A stretch of 32,000 nucleotides of DNA from Legionella bononiensis (GTDB lineage: Bacteria; Pseudomonadota; Gammaproteobacteria; Legionellales; Legionellaceae). This document shows, piece after piece, positions 8,621 to 17,993 of this stretch (the stretch's first letter is position 1; every line of letters starts with the position of its first letter). The position numbers were made by a program, and so were the translations under genes. The notes beneath the pieces are model-generated. The model was not told where the DNA came from and ran no database searches. It saw only the letters and a program-made list of their open reading frames with translations. Where the stretch lies: the NCBI RefSeq assembly GCF_016786415.1, contig NZ_JADWVN010000013.1. One strand, 5' to 3'.

Positions 8621-8855
8621 CAAAATTGGGTCATTCTGATCCAACAAGCCCCATCTCAGTCATACACCAAAATGACTTGTAATCGATGCGGGCTTCCAGG
8701 TAAATCTCCTGATTTAATCTATTGATGAATATTTTGGGTAAGGCCACGATGCCCAATTCGTTTTTGATATTTTTATTTGAATGAATCAGATGCATTACCT
8801 ACGGGCCAAATGGGCGACCCTGTAGAAGGGGTTATTTATTTGCAATAGTCATAAT

Positions 8856-8896
8856 ATGTGATATATTTCTCACATAAAGTTATAAATACATCACAT
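8856..8896. promoter_or_regulatory. Candidate XRE operator: ATGTGA-N8-TCACAT plus a third TCACAT half-site next to the start codon
   Basis: Inverted hexamers at 8856-8861 and 8870-8875, with another TCACAT at 8891-8896, 2 nt before ATG 8898. Confidence 0.35.
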
Positions 8897-8897
8897 T

Positions 8898-9113
8898 ATG
8901 AACATTCATTTTGAAACCAAAATCAAAGAATATAGAGCGAAGCTTAATTTAACCCAGGAATCATTGGCGCAACGAGTTGGCGTTAGTCGTGAAACGATTA
9001 ATTATTTAGAAAAGGGTAAATACAACCCATCCTTAAAATTGGCATTTTCTGTAGCACATGCGCTGCAAACGACCATTAATGAGTTATTTTTATTTAAATT
9101 TGAGGAGTTGTAA
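8898..9113 (+). CDS. XRE/Cro-type helix-turn-helix transcriptional regulator
   Basis: 71 aa. '[41 protein letters not shown]' is a canonical HTH_XRE pattern. Confidence 0.9.
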   Translation: MNIHFETKIKEYRAKLNLTQESLAQRVGVSRETINYLEKGKYNPSLKLAFSVAHALQTTINELFLFKFEEL

Positions 9114-9550
9114 TGTTAGCTAATCCAAAATGGTTTAGACGTCGTAAGTACACAGGTTGGGGGTATACCCCAAATACCTGGCAAGGTTGGCTTTATGTGA
9201 TCGCATGGGTGAGTACCTTATTACTTTGTGCCTTAATAACGCGATGGCTAGGGTTTTCTACCCAGTCGCAACTCATTGCGATAGTGATTTTACTGGCCAT
9301 AATGATTGCTGATGCGTTAGATATGGCACGGAGAATGCCAAAAGATGAAAGGGAACGTATTCATGAAGCTTATGCTGAACGAAATGCTTGTTGGGTTATG
9401 ATTGCTGCTCTCTTGATTGGGCTTGTCTATCAATTGGTTGTAGGCTTAATCAATCATAACACTATTGCAATTGATCCCTTCATTCTTATAGCTTTACTAG
9501 GTGGCACAATTGCCAAGGCAATCACGAATTGGTACTTGATAGATAAATAA
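9113..9550 (+). CDS. Membrane protein coupled to the XRE regulator
   Basis: 145 aa with 4 predicted hydrophobic helices. The start overlaps the XRE stop (TAATG). Confidence 0.7.
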   Translation: MLANPKWFRRRKYTGWGYTPNTWQGWLYVIAWVSTLLLCALITRWLGFSTQSQLIAIVILLAIMIADALDMARRMPKDERERIHEAYAERNACWVMIAALLIGLVYQLVVGLINHNTIAIDPFILIALLGGTIAKAITNWYLIDK

Positions 9551-9784
9551 GCCATTGATGCATGTTTGAGAGCATCATAATCCAAAACAAGTCATTTGAA
9601 TCACAAGTGCCCGTATTAGACGAAGTCGTAATACGGGAATAACTTCAGCAACATCTCAAATTTATATTAAAAATCTAAGAATCAAATTAATTGGTGTAAC
9701 CTATTAAAATAGAAGCCTTAACTTTCATAATTCCTATCTATAGCTCATAATTGGCTATAACTCAGTTCGTGTTGGATAGATTAC

Positions 9785-10834
9785 ATGCAAGCTAAAAAAC
9801 AGATGCAATGGGCCGTTGTAGGTGCAGGCCCAGCCGGTATAGCTGCAGTAGGCAAATTGCTGGATAATGGTATTGCTCCTGAGAACCTGTTATGGATTGA
9901 TCCTCATTTTCACGTCGGTGATTTGGGTGGTCTTTGGAAGAACGTGTCCAGTAACACAACAGTTGCACTTTTTACCAACTTTTTGCGCAGCACTAATTCT
10001 TTTTCTTATCACGAAGCGCCAAATCAATTTCCAATCAATCATCTACCTTTGGACGAGACTTGCCTATTGAATGAAGTGGTGCAACCTTTGCAATGGATTT
10101 CCGATAAGCTTCGTCAACAAGTCGTCAGTGTGGAAGGCCGAGTTAACCGCATGGATCTGGTCGAGCGAGTCTGGAATTTGTCTACTGACACGCACAGCTT
10201 TAAAGCGCAAAACGTGATTTTGGCCACTGGCTCTGTTCCGTCCACTCTGAGTTATCCTGGTGTTGACGTCATTCCCTTTGAAACAGCCATAGACAAGGAG
10301 CGATTGTCACACATCATCAACAACAACGGCACCTACGCCGTATTCGGCTCTTCTCATTCGGCCATCATCATTGTGCGGCATCTGGTCGAATTGGGAGTTA
10401 AAAAAGTCATTAACTTTTACCGCTCCCCCTGTCGCTATGCAATCAATATGGGGGACTGGATTTTGTTTGACAATACTGGCCTAAAAGGTCAAACCGCTGC
10501 CTGGGCACGAGAACATATTGATGGCCGCTTGCCAGCCAATTTGCTTCGCTACAATACCCACGAAGATCATATAACCCGCTATCTTCCTGAATGCGACAAA
10601 GTCATTTACGCGGTGGGATTTCAACGTCGCAACACACTGATCATCGGTGATTACGAACACGCTGATTATAACCCCCATGTCGGTATCATAGGCCCAGGAC
10701 TATTCGGTTTTGGCATTGCCTACCCAGAATTGAAAACCGATCCCGCGGGTAATGAAGAGTTACAAGTGGGGTTGTGGAAATTCATGGTCTATCTGAACAG
10801 AGTATTGCCTATTTGGTTAAAGTACAGTACTTAA
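9785..10834 (+). CDS. FAD/NAD(P)-binding oxidoreductase (pyridine nucleotide-disulfide oxidoreductase-like)
   Basis: N-terminal dinucleotide-binding motif 'WAVVGAGPAGIAAVGKLL'. A second Rossmann-like motif 'YAVFGSSHSAIIIVRHL'. 'ILATGS' ATG-type motif. Confidence 0.8.
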   Translation: MQAKKQMQWAVVGAGPAGIAAVGKLLDNGIAPENLLWIDPHFHVGDLGGLWKNVSSNTTVALFTNFLRSTNSFSYHEAPNQFPINHLPLDETCLLNEVVQPLQWISDKLRQQVVSVEGRVNRMDLVERVWNLSTDTHSFKAQNVILATGSVPSTLSYPGVDVIPFETAIDKERLSHIINNNGTYAVFGSSHSAIIIVRHLVELGVKKVINFYRSPCRYAINMGDWILFDNTGLKGQTAAWAREHIDGRLPANLLRYNTHEDHITRYLPECDKVIYAVGFQRRNTLIIGDYEHADYNPHVGIIGPGLFGFGIAYPELKTDPAGNEELQVGLWKFMVYLNRVLPIWLKYST

Positions 10835-11228
10835 ACGGCCCTAGTATTTTCCTTGCTGGAACAATTATACTGAGGCAGGTGAGCCTCGAAGCGGTTAATT
10901 TCAGTACATAATAAAAATTGAGTCGTCCGTATCTTTGAATCACTAATTGGCCTATTTTGCAAGTACAGATCAATCCCTGTGATCCACAGTCTCTGAATTA
11001 TTGGTCATCAAAACTGGTGGACTCGCCGCTCTCGCTCCGTAGTCCACCCTATTGTAGCTCTCTGTTCGTGAAGTGAAAAATGAGCCTAACTATGGGAAAA
11101 GATGTGGCTAGTCCAGCTTTTTTTCGGATCAAATCCACTAAATCTGAATTCAATCCAAATACCCACCCGAAGAGTAAAGGGTGACAAGGCACGAACAGAG
11201 CCGTAAATGCAACTAATCCAAGCACTTA

Positions 11229-12011
11229 TCAGGCATACATTTTATATGCTAATGTAACAAATACTTCATTAGCAGTAATTGAGCCTTTCCAGGGTGTTGC
11301 AAAAGCTGGGGGAGCATCAAAAGTATTGTTATCACTTTTATAATCACCGCCATCAAAGTAGCGATAGCCTACAGCTAAATCAAAGTTGTGTGGCAGGGCA
11401 ACTTCTATTCCAGCAGAGGCTTGCCAGGCAAAGGATGCATTAGTTTTTTCAAATGCTGTGGCAACAGCTTGATCATCAATTGCTCGAATGGAATAAAAAC
11501 GACTAATTTTATTATAACTGACGCCAAGCCCAGCACCAATAAAGGGTTGAAGGGTTACATTATTCCCCGCATGCATTACAAAACTGGGAGATACTCCTTG
11601 ACCGTGAAGGTACATGTTCGCTAAGAAGGTATTAGTCTGTAAGTCAAAATAACGTGTTTTCGTACCATTAAAATTGATTGTGCCTGCTGCGGATGATGTT
11701 TGAAATTTAGAATAGGTAAAAGAAGGTCTATAAGTATAATCAACATCGACACTAACTAACGGTGAAAAATTATATCCAAAGGCTAATGAAAAAAGTGCGC
11801 TATCACCTAATGTAGAATTATATCCTTGCGGCGACTCATCCCAATAAAGTGGATCGATTTCAAGATGAGAGGTGTTAGAAAAACTTCCACCGCTTCCTAC
11901 TTTAATATAAGCACTTCCCTTAAAAGGTTCTTCAATTGGACCCATAGTACCTGCAATTGCAATACTACTCGTTAATGCAATAATACCTGTTGCAATTTTT
12001 TTTAAAGCCAT
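11229..12011 (-). CDS. Outer-membrane beta-barrel protein (OmpA-like/opacity-type porin family)
   Basis: Signal peptide 'MALKKIATGIIALTSSIAIAG'. Alternating aromatic/Gly beta-strand pattern ('AVGYRYFDGG', 'VFVTLAYKMYA'). AGGAG RBS. Confidence 0.8.
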   Translation of the reverse strand: MALKKIATGIIALTSSIAIAGTMGPIEEPFKGSAYIKVGSGGSFSNTSHLEIDPLYWDESPQGYNSTLGDSALFSLAFGYNFSPLVSVDVDYTYRPSFTYSKFQTSSAAGTINFNGTKTRYFDLQTNTFLANMYLHGQGVSPSFVMHAGNNVTLQPFIGAGLGVSYNKISRFYSIRAIDDQAVATAFEKTNASFAWQASAGIEVALPHNFDLAVGYRYFDGGDYKSDNNTFDAPPAFATPWKGSITANEVFVTLAYKMYA

Positions 12012-12464
12012 GACAGAAATATCTCCTTTTATTTCAAATTTATATTTGGTGATCTTTCCGGAACAGTGGTTAACCTCAAGATTTCACCAGATTGAATTCG
12101 CCGCTTGAACAAGATGTTTGGGCAATTCTAATTAGAGTGAGACAGTCACAATAGTTGATTTCATGTTTTTGGAAAACGTGAAAGCAGGAATGGAGACTGC
12201 AGCGCGAGACAGTATACTCAATTAGCAGTAACTGATCGACGTCGTTTATATACATTTTTGACCTGGAATTATCTGTATGTGAGATGTGACGTGCAATGCC
12301 TTGATAATGATACGATGTCTAATTAAAAGAAATGGGTAGGGTGGCTGTTTCAAAGTCAATAAAGTGGCGAGGATATTACCTGGAGTCAATTTCGGTTTTA
12401 TTACTTGAAGTTAAGATTATACTCCTTCATAGTAGACTTTTTTACTATTTAAGGTATATGAATT

Positions 12465-13163
12465 TTGGCACGATATTTAATTATTGCAGCAAGTAGCGCC
12501 ATTGGTCAGTCAGTGGTTGAACTTTTAAAAAAGCAGGGAGCAGAGGTTCTGACTACTGCGCAAAGCAAGGACAAAATCATTCCGGATTTTATACTGGATG
12601 CATCTGACTTTGATGCAGTTGATAGAGTATTTGAGCAAGCAGGCCCCCTTGATGGAGTGGTTAATTGCGCGGGCTCTTTATTACTTAAGAGTGCTCACGC
12701 GACAAATTTTGAGGAGTTTCAAAGGACAATCAATGCCTCGTTGACCACGTCATTTGCGGTTGTGCGTGCTGCCGGAAAGAGAATGACGAAAGGCGGCACG
12801 GTGGTGCTTATTGCCTCGGCAGCAGCCTTAACCGGACTGGCTAATCATGAGGCTATTGCCGCGGCCAAAGCGGGTGTTATTGGCTTAGCGCAATCAGCAG
12901 CCGCGAGCTATGCATCGTTTAATTTACGAATCAATGTAGTTGCGCCTGGGATGGTTAAATCGTCTTTGACTGATTCATTACTCAAGAATGAATTGGTTGC
13001 TAAAGCATCTACTGCAATGCATGCTTTGGGGCGAATTGGTGAGCCATCTGATGTAGCACAGGCCATCGTGTTTTTTCTTAACCCAGAGAACAGTTGGATA
13101 ACCGGACAGGTGCTTGCAGTGGATGGAGGCCTAAGCTGTATACGCCCTAAGCTTAAAATTTAA
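12465..13163 (+). CDS. Short-chain dehydrogenase/reductase (SDR) family oxidoreductase, TTG start
   Basis: 'LIIAASSAIGQS' (variant of TGxxxGIG), 'NCAGS', 'ASYASFNLRINVVAPG' and 'GQVLAVDGG' fit the classical SDR pattern. Confidence 0.85.
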   Translation: MARYLIIAASSAIGQSVVELLKKQGAEVLTTAQSKDKIIPDFILDASDFDAVDRVFEQAGPLDGVVNCAGSLLLKSAHATNFEEFQRTINASLTTSFAVVRAAGKRMTKGGTVVLIASAAALTGLANHEAIAAAKAGVIGLAQSAAASYASFNLRINVVAPGMVKSSLTDSLLKNELVAKASTAMHALGRIGEPSDVAQAIVFFLNPENSWITGQVLAVDGGLSCIRPKLKI

Positions 13164-13185
13164 ATTTTTTCTTTTAGGACGTGTG

Positions 13186-14724
13186 ATGACGAAATTGTGT
13201 TTTCTTTTGGGCGACCAGCTGAGTGAGTCAATTTCCTCACTCTCTGCAATCGACAAACATGGTGATCTGGTTTTTCTTTGCGAAGTGATGGAAGAGGCCA
13301 CTTATGTGGCACATCATCCTAAAAAAATTGCTTTTTTATTTTCAGCGATGCGTCATTTTGCAAAACGATTAAAAGAGCTTGGCTATCGAGTACGCTACAC
13401 TAAATACGATGAGGCCTGTAATACTGGTTGCTTTGAGGAGGAACTGTGTCGGGTACTAGATGAAGAAAAAATTTCGGAGGTACATGTAACTCACCCCGGC
13501 GAGTGGCGTGTTCTGCAAAAAATGGAAACATTAAAAAAACACGTGTCGATCCCCCTCATCATTCATGAAGATACTCGATTTTTATGTTCTATAGACGAGT
13601 TTAACTATTGGGCACAAGATAAAAAGCAATTACGCATGGAGTTCTTTTACCGAATGATGCGTCAAAAGCATCATCTTCTCATGGATAACCGAGGGAAGCC
13701 TGTAGGCGGGGCTTGGAACTATGATGAACAAAATCGAAAAAATGCCAATCACATTGAAACATTTCCTAATCGTTTTGTACATCCCGTAGATGAACTGACT
13801 TCAGAAGTTTTAAGCTTGGTAGAAAAAGAGTTTTTCAATCATTTTGGCCAATTGCAGCCGTTTAATTTTGCGGTGACTCGGGAGCAGGCTCTTTGTGAAG
13901 CCAGCTATTTTATAGAGCATTGTTTAGTGTATTTTGGTGATTACCAAGACGCCATGCGCTCCAATGAGGTTAATTTATATCACTCCAAATTATCTTTTTA
14001 TCTGAATGCAGGGCTTTTATTGCCTTTAGAGTTATGCCGGATGGCTGAGGACGCTTTTGAGCAGAAACTGGCACCTTTGAATGCTGTCGAAGGATTTATT
14101 CGTCAAATTTTAGGATGGCGAGAGTATGTGCGTGGTATCTATTGGCTTTTGATGCCTGCATACAGAGACAGAAACTATTTAAATGCTTCCAGACCTTTGC
14201 CTTCACTATTTTGGGGAAAAGAAACGCAGATGTTTTGTATGAAAGAAGTCGTTCGACAGACGCAAGTTGAAGCTTACTCCCATCATATTCAGCGTTTGAT
14301 GATTACCGGTAATTTTGCGCTCTTGGCAGGCATTAATCCTAAAGAAGTATGTGAGTGGTATTTGGCTGTCTATGCCGATGCCTACGAATGGGTCGAATTG
14401 CCAAATACATTAGGGATGGCGCTGTATGCTGATGGTGGCGTTATGGCAAGTAAGCCCTATGCTGCAAGTGGGAAATACATTCAAAAAATGAGCAATTTTT
14501 GTAAATCATGTACTTATAATCCCGGAGAACTGTTGGGTGAACAAGCATGTCCATTTAATTCCCTTTACTGGAATTTTATAGGTCAACACCAAGAGTTACT
14601 TAAAAATAATCCGCGTCTTCATTATGCTTATCTCAATTGGGATAAAATGGACCAGGAAAAGAAAAAGGCTATTTTCGTTAAAGCAACTGAAGTGTTGACC
14701 TCATTAGATGCAGGGCAATTATAA
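13186..14724 (+). CDS. Cryptochrome/photolyase-family protein of the FeS-BCP / (6-4) photolyase type (COG3046-like)
   Basis: 'LCFLLGDQL' N-terminus and 'GWREYVRGIYW'. Four Cys (C352, C440, C443, C456 in ORF-track numbering) have the C...CxxC-x12-C spacing of the [4Fe-4S] site in Agrobacterium PhrB and Rhodobacter CryB. Confidence 0.85.
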   Translation: MTKLCFLLGDQLSESISSLSAIDKHGDLVFLCEVMEEATYVAHHPKKIAFLFSAMRHFAKRLKELGYRVRYTKYDEACNTGCFEEELCRVLDEEKISEVHVTHPGEWRVLQKMETLKKHVSIPLIIHEDTRFLCSIDEFNYWAQDKKQLRMEFFYRMMRQKHHLLMDNRGKPVGGAWNYDEQNRKNANHIETFPNRFVHPVDELTSEVLSLVEKEFFNHFGQLQPFNFAVTREQALCEASYFIEHCLVYFGDYQDAMRSNEVNLYHSKLSFYLNAGLLLPLELCRMAEDAFEQKLAPLNAVEGFIRQILGWREYVRGIYWLLMPAYRDRNYLNASRPLPSLFWGKETQMFCMKEVVRQTQVEAYSHHIQRLMITGNFALLAGINPKEVCEWYLAVYADAYEWVELPNTLGMALYADGGVMASKPYAASGKYIQKMSNFCKSCTYNPGELLGEQACPFNSLYWNFIGQHQELLKNNPRLHYAYLNWDKMDQEKKKAIFVKATEVLTSLDAGQL

Positions 14725-14899
14725 AGTCATGTCTGCAACTTAAATGAAAATAAACCTGAGCAGCGATTATTAATGCATAAAATGTTATTTTGTCTTCGGT
14801 CATATAAAAATAACATGTGATTTTCAGCCTGTTCAAAGACATCCTTAAAACTAACTATGCTACAATTATATTGATTCATTCATACGATTGAGGCCCTTT

Positions 14900-16270
14900 A
14901 TGCTTGTAGAAATTCTGTCTCGCGTTCAATTTGGTTTTAGTATTGGTTTTCATATTTTGTTTCCCACTTTAAATCTTGGTCTTGCGGTATTTCTTGTGAT
15001 TATGGAAGCAACCTGGTTGAAAACAAAAAATCCAATTTATCTCGAGATATGCAAGCTTTGGACTAAAATTTTCGCTTTGACTTTTGGAATGGGGGTAGTG
15101 TCTGGAATTGTTTTAGCCTATCAAATTGGCACTAATTTTGGACCCTTCATCACTCAGTTTGGCAACGTCCTGGGAGCTTTATTTGCTTACGAAACCTTGA
15201 CCGCTTTTTTTCTCGAAGCCGGTTTTTTAGGCGTGATGCTCTTTGGTTGGAAAAGAGTTCCACCGACGCTTCATTTTATTGCCACTCTTTTGGTAACTAT
15301 AGGTACCACCATCTCCGCATTTTGGATCATGTCAGCTAATTCTTGGATGCAAACTCCGAGTGGTTATCAGTTGATTGATGGAAAATATATTGTTGATAGC
15401 TGGTGGGCCGTCGTATTTAATCCGAGTTTCATTCCGCGTTTTATTCACATGCTATTAGCCTCTTATGTGACGACTTGTTTTGTCATCATGGCTGTTTCTG
15501 GATATTATTTGTTAAGAGAGAAGTTTTACGCGATTGCCCAAAAATGCTTATCGTTTAGTTTATGGGCAGCGTTGATTTTAGTTCCCTTGCAAATAGGTGT
15601 TGGTGATGTAGTGGGTGTCAATGTGCATCACTATCAACCTTTAAAAACGGCGGCAATGGAAGGAGTTTGGCAGACCCAAAAAGGGGCGCCCCTTGTATTA
15701 TTTGCTATTCCATCGCAAGAAAAGCAAAAAAACTTTTATGAAATTGCAGTGCCAAAACTTGCAAGCCTGATTAATACTCATGAATGGGATGGTGAACTTA
15801 TCGGCTTGAGTTCAGTTAACCCTGTTGATCAACCGCGCATGCTCCCCGTATTTTTTTCATTCCGCATTATGGTAGGTATTGGACTTTTGATGTTATTTAC
15901 GGCCATAGTAGGGGTTTCTCTGTATTTAAAAGGCACTCTTTTTAAACATCGCTGGTTTCATCGTTGGTGCCTTGCGATGGCGCCATTAGGATTTATTGCC
16001 AGTATTGCGGGATGGTTAACTGCTGAAATTGGCCGACAACCTTGGGTGGTCTATAATCTTTTGAAAACAAAGGATGCGGTATCTTCGGTAGGCTATGAAG
16101 AGGTGTTGATTTCCTTTACTTTGCTTATTCTCGCTTATGGGGTTGTTTTTGGGTTTTATCTCTATTATTTACTCAAGCTCATTGCTCATGGACCAGAGAC
16201 ATTAACAGAAGATGAAATCGAGCATCATGCATTCCAGTACATGACTGACAATCCTAAGGAGAAAAAATAA
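14900..16270 (+). CDS. cydA: Cytochrome bd-type ubiquinol oxidase subunit I (short Q-loop, CIO-like)
   Basis: 'GFHILFPT' (heme b558 His), 'FIHMLLASY', 'GWLTAEIGRQPWVVY'. The start is taken at ATG 14900 rather than TTG 14888. Confidence 0.9.
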   Translation: MLVEILSRVQFGFSIGFHILFPTLNLGLAVFLVIMEATWLKTKNPIYLEICKLWTKIFALTFGMGVVSGIVLAYQIGTNFGPFITQFGNVLGALFAYETLTAFFLEAGFLGVMLFGWKRVPPTLHFIATLLVTIGTTISAFWIMSANSWMQTPSGYQLIDGKYIVDSWWAVVFNPSFIPRFIHMLLASYVTTCFVIMAVSGYYLLREKFYAIAQKCLSFSLWAALILVPLQIGVGDVVGVNVHHYQPLKTAAMEGVWQTQKGAPLVLFAIPSQEKQKNFYEIAVPKLASLINTHEWDGELIGLSSVNPVDQPRMLPVFFSFRIMVGIGLLMLFTAIVGVSLYLKGTLFKHRWFHRWCLAMAPLGFIASIAGWLTAEIGRQPWVVYNLLKTKDAVSSVGYEEVLISFTLLILAYGVVFGFYLYYLLKLIAHGPETLTEDEIEHHAFQYMTDNPKEKK

Positions 16271-17259
16271 TGTTGCCCTTTATTTTTGCGGTACTTCTTG
16301 GGTTTATTATTTTAATGTATGTTATTCTGGATGGTTTTGATTTAGGCATTGGCATTCTCTTTCCTTTTACTTCCAATGAAAAGGAACGTGATACCATGAT
16401 GAATTCCATAGCGCCAGTTTGGGATGGCAATGAAACCTGGCTCGTTTTTGGTGGTGCGATGCTTTATGGCGCATTCCCTAAAGTGTATGGAGTTCTATTG
16501 CCCATTCTTTATATGCCCATCATGCTGATGTTGATTGCGTTAATATTTCGCGGTGTAAGCTTTGAGTTTCGCTTCAAGGCAAAGAAATCAAAACCCATCT
16601 GGAATTGGTCCTTTTCAATCAGCTCGGTTGCTGCAACATTCTTTCAAGGTGTTATTCTAGGAGCGTTTGTGCAGGGTTTTTCTATCGATGAATCGTCAAT
16701 GACCATTAATAATCCCGATTGGTTAACTCCTTTTAGTCTTTCTACAGGGATTGCTTTGGTCTGTGGATATGCACTTTTAGGGGCGACTTGGATGATTATC
16801 AAAAGCTCTGGAAGGCTTCAACGTACAATGATTCATCACGCACGAGGGTTGTTAGTATTAGTCAGTTTATTTTTGATTTTTGTGAGCATTTGGACCCCGT
16901 TACATAGTGATGAAATTTTTCATCGTTGGTATAGTTTCCCTAACGTGTTTTTATTAAGTCCGCTACCTTTGCTTGCGGCAGTTGCTGTTTATCAAATTTG
17001 GAACAGCTTAAATGCAGCAAGTGAATACAAGCCATTCATTTACAGTATCGTTTTATTTTTGTGTGCTTATATAGGAATAGGGATTAGCGTTTATCCTTAT
17101 TTAATTCCGCATCAGGTGACTATTTGGGAAGCTGCAGCCCCTGATTCAACGCTGATTTTTATTCTGGTTGGTGTAGTCATTATGCTTCCTATACTTATAG
17201 CTTATACGCTTTATGCCTATCATCTATTTCGAGGAAAATCGTCAGGTCACTATCATTAG
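16270..17259 (+). CDS. cydB: Cytochrome bd-type ubiquinol oxidase subunit II
   Basis: 'ILDGFDLGIGIL', 'APVWDGNETWLV' and 'FRGVSFEFR' are characteristic CydB motifs. The start overlaps the cydA stop (TAATG). Confidence 0.9.
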   Translation: MLPFIFAVLLGFIILMYVILDGFDLGIGILFPFTSNEKERDTMMNSIAPVWDGNETWLVFGGAMLYGAFPKVYGVLLPILYMPIMLMLIALIFRGVSFEFRFKAKKSKPIWNWSFSISSVAATFFQGVILGAFVQGFSIDESSMTINNPDWLTPFSLSTGIALVCGYALLGATWMIIKSSGRLQRTMIHHARGLLVLVSLFLIFVSIWTPLHSDEIFHRWYSFPNVFLLSPLPLLAAVAVYQIWNSLNAASEYKPFIYSIVLFLCAYIGIGISVYPYLIPHQVTIWEAAAPDSTLIFILVGVVIMLPILIAYTLYAYHLFRGKSSGHYH

Positions 17260-17303
17260 ACATACTCATTTGAGGTGATTGATTAATACAGTACCAATAA
17301 ATT

Positions 17304-17330
17304 TAAATGCTCCTGTAATGAGAGCATTTA
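17304..17330. terminator. Candidate bidirectional terminator hairpin between convergent cydB and tspO
   Basis: 9-bp stem 'taaatgctc'/'gagcattta' with a 9-nt loop, flanked by A/T-rich sequence on both sides. Confidence 0.45.
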
Positions 17331-17342
17331 TGATTTAGTTCA

Positions 17343-17813
17343 TTAATTCATTAATGCAATGACCACGTTGAGATATGAAGCAAAGACCAGCCAAAGTAGG
17401 TAAGGAGTTAATAACCAGGCAATGGTTTTGTGCGTTTTTTTAGCCTCGATGATTAAGATCAAATTCAAACACGTTAAGCTAACAAGCCAAAGAGCGCTTA
17501 GCATAAACCAGTGTAGCCCAAAAAAAAGTGGCGTCCAGACCCAATTCATCAGCATTTGTAATGCGAAGAGAACTGTAATTTTTTTAGAAGACTCTTGATT
17601 TTGGTTTGTTAAAATCCAGGCAATGAGTGCAAGAAGCACATATAATAAGGTCCAAACGACCGAAAAAACAAACCCGGGAGGAGTTAAGGACGATTTGTTA
17701 AGATGTTCGTACCAGGGATAAATATTCGCCTGAGTGAGTAAACCCAGTAAAAAACCTATGCTTTCAAAAAGCACAATCCAGAATACTAATTTCATTAACT
17801 TATGTAAGCGCAT
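17343..17813 (-). CDS. tspO: TspO/MBR family tryptophan-rich sensory protein
   Basis: 'WYEHLNKSSLTPPGFVFSVVWTLLYVLLA' and the Trp-rich 'NWVWTPLFFGLHW' fit the TspO pattern. The start is set at ATG 17813 (GGAGGA 6 nt upstream) rather than 17855. Confidence 0.85.
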   Translation of the reverse strand: MRLHKLMKLVFWIVLFESIGFLLGLLTQANIYPWYEHLNKSSLTPPGFVFSVVWTLLYVLLALIAWILTNQNQESSKKITVLFALQMLMNWVWTPLFFGLHWFMLSALWLVSLTCLNLILIIEAKKTHKTIAWLLTPYLLWLVFASYLNVVIALMN

Positions 17814-17993
17814 AATCATTCCTCCAAATTGGGGTTCGAGTGGAAGCGAAATCAATAAAATTGATGTCTAAATCATTTTGTTCTTGCACACCAGGAGTGC
17901 AAGAGGTTTCAATCACCCTAATTCCCTGAGCTATCCGTTTGGGGGCGCACGTCTTGTCAGGGAAACTAAAGCCAAAAATCAAAGTATAAGGAC

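Noticed and set aside
8443-11624. ORFs 8443-8634(-), 9867-10070(+), 10481-10678(-) and 11388-11624(+)
   Set aside because: They overlap better-supported genes (small membrane ORF, oxidoreductase, OMP) in other frames, with no independent support.
14725-14899. FNR/ANR box (TTGAT-N4-ATCAA) upstream of cydA
   Set aside because: Only a half-site-like 'TTGATTCATTCAT' is present, without the ATCAA partner, so I cannot support an FNR site.
17856-17993. tRNA-like fragment on the minus strand ('GGATAGCTCAGGG...' followed by a 7-bp stem/7-nt loop)
   Set aside because: The D-arm cannot close because there is no GAGC complement. The loop lacks U33, and there is no T-arm (GGTTCGAATCC-type) or acceptor pairing. 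It is at most a chance resemblance or an ancient remnant.
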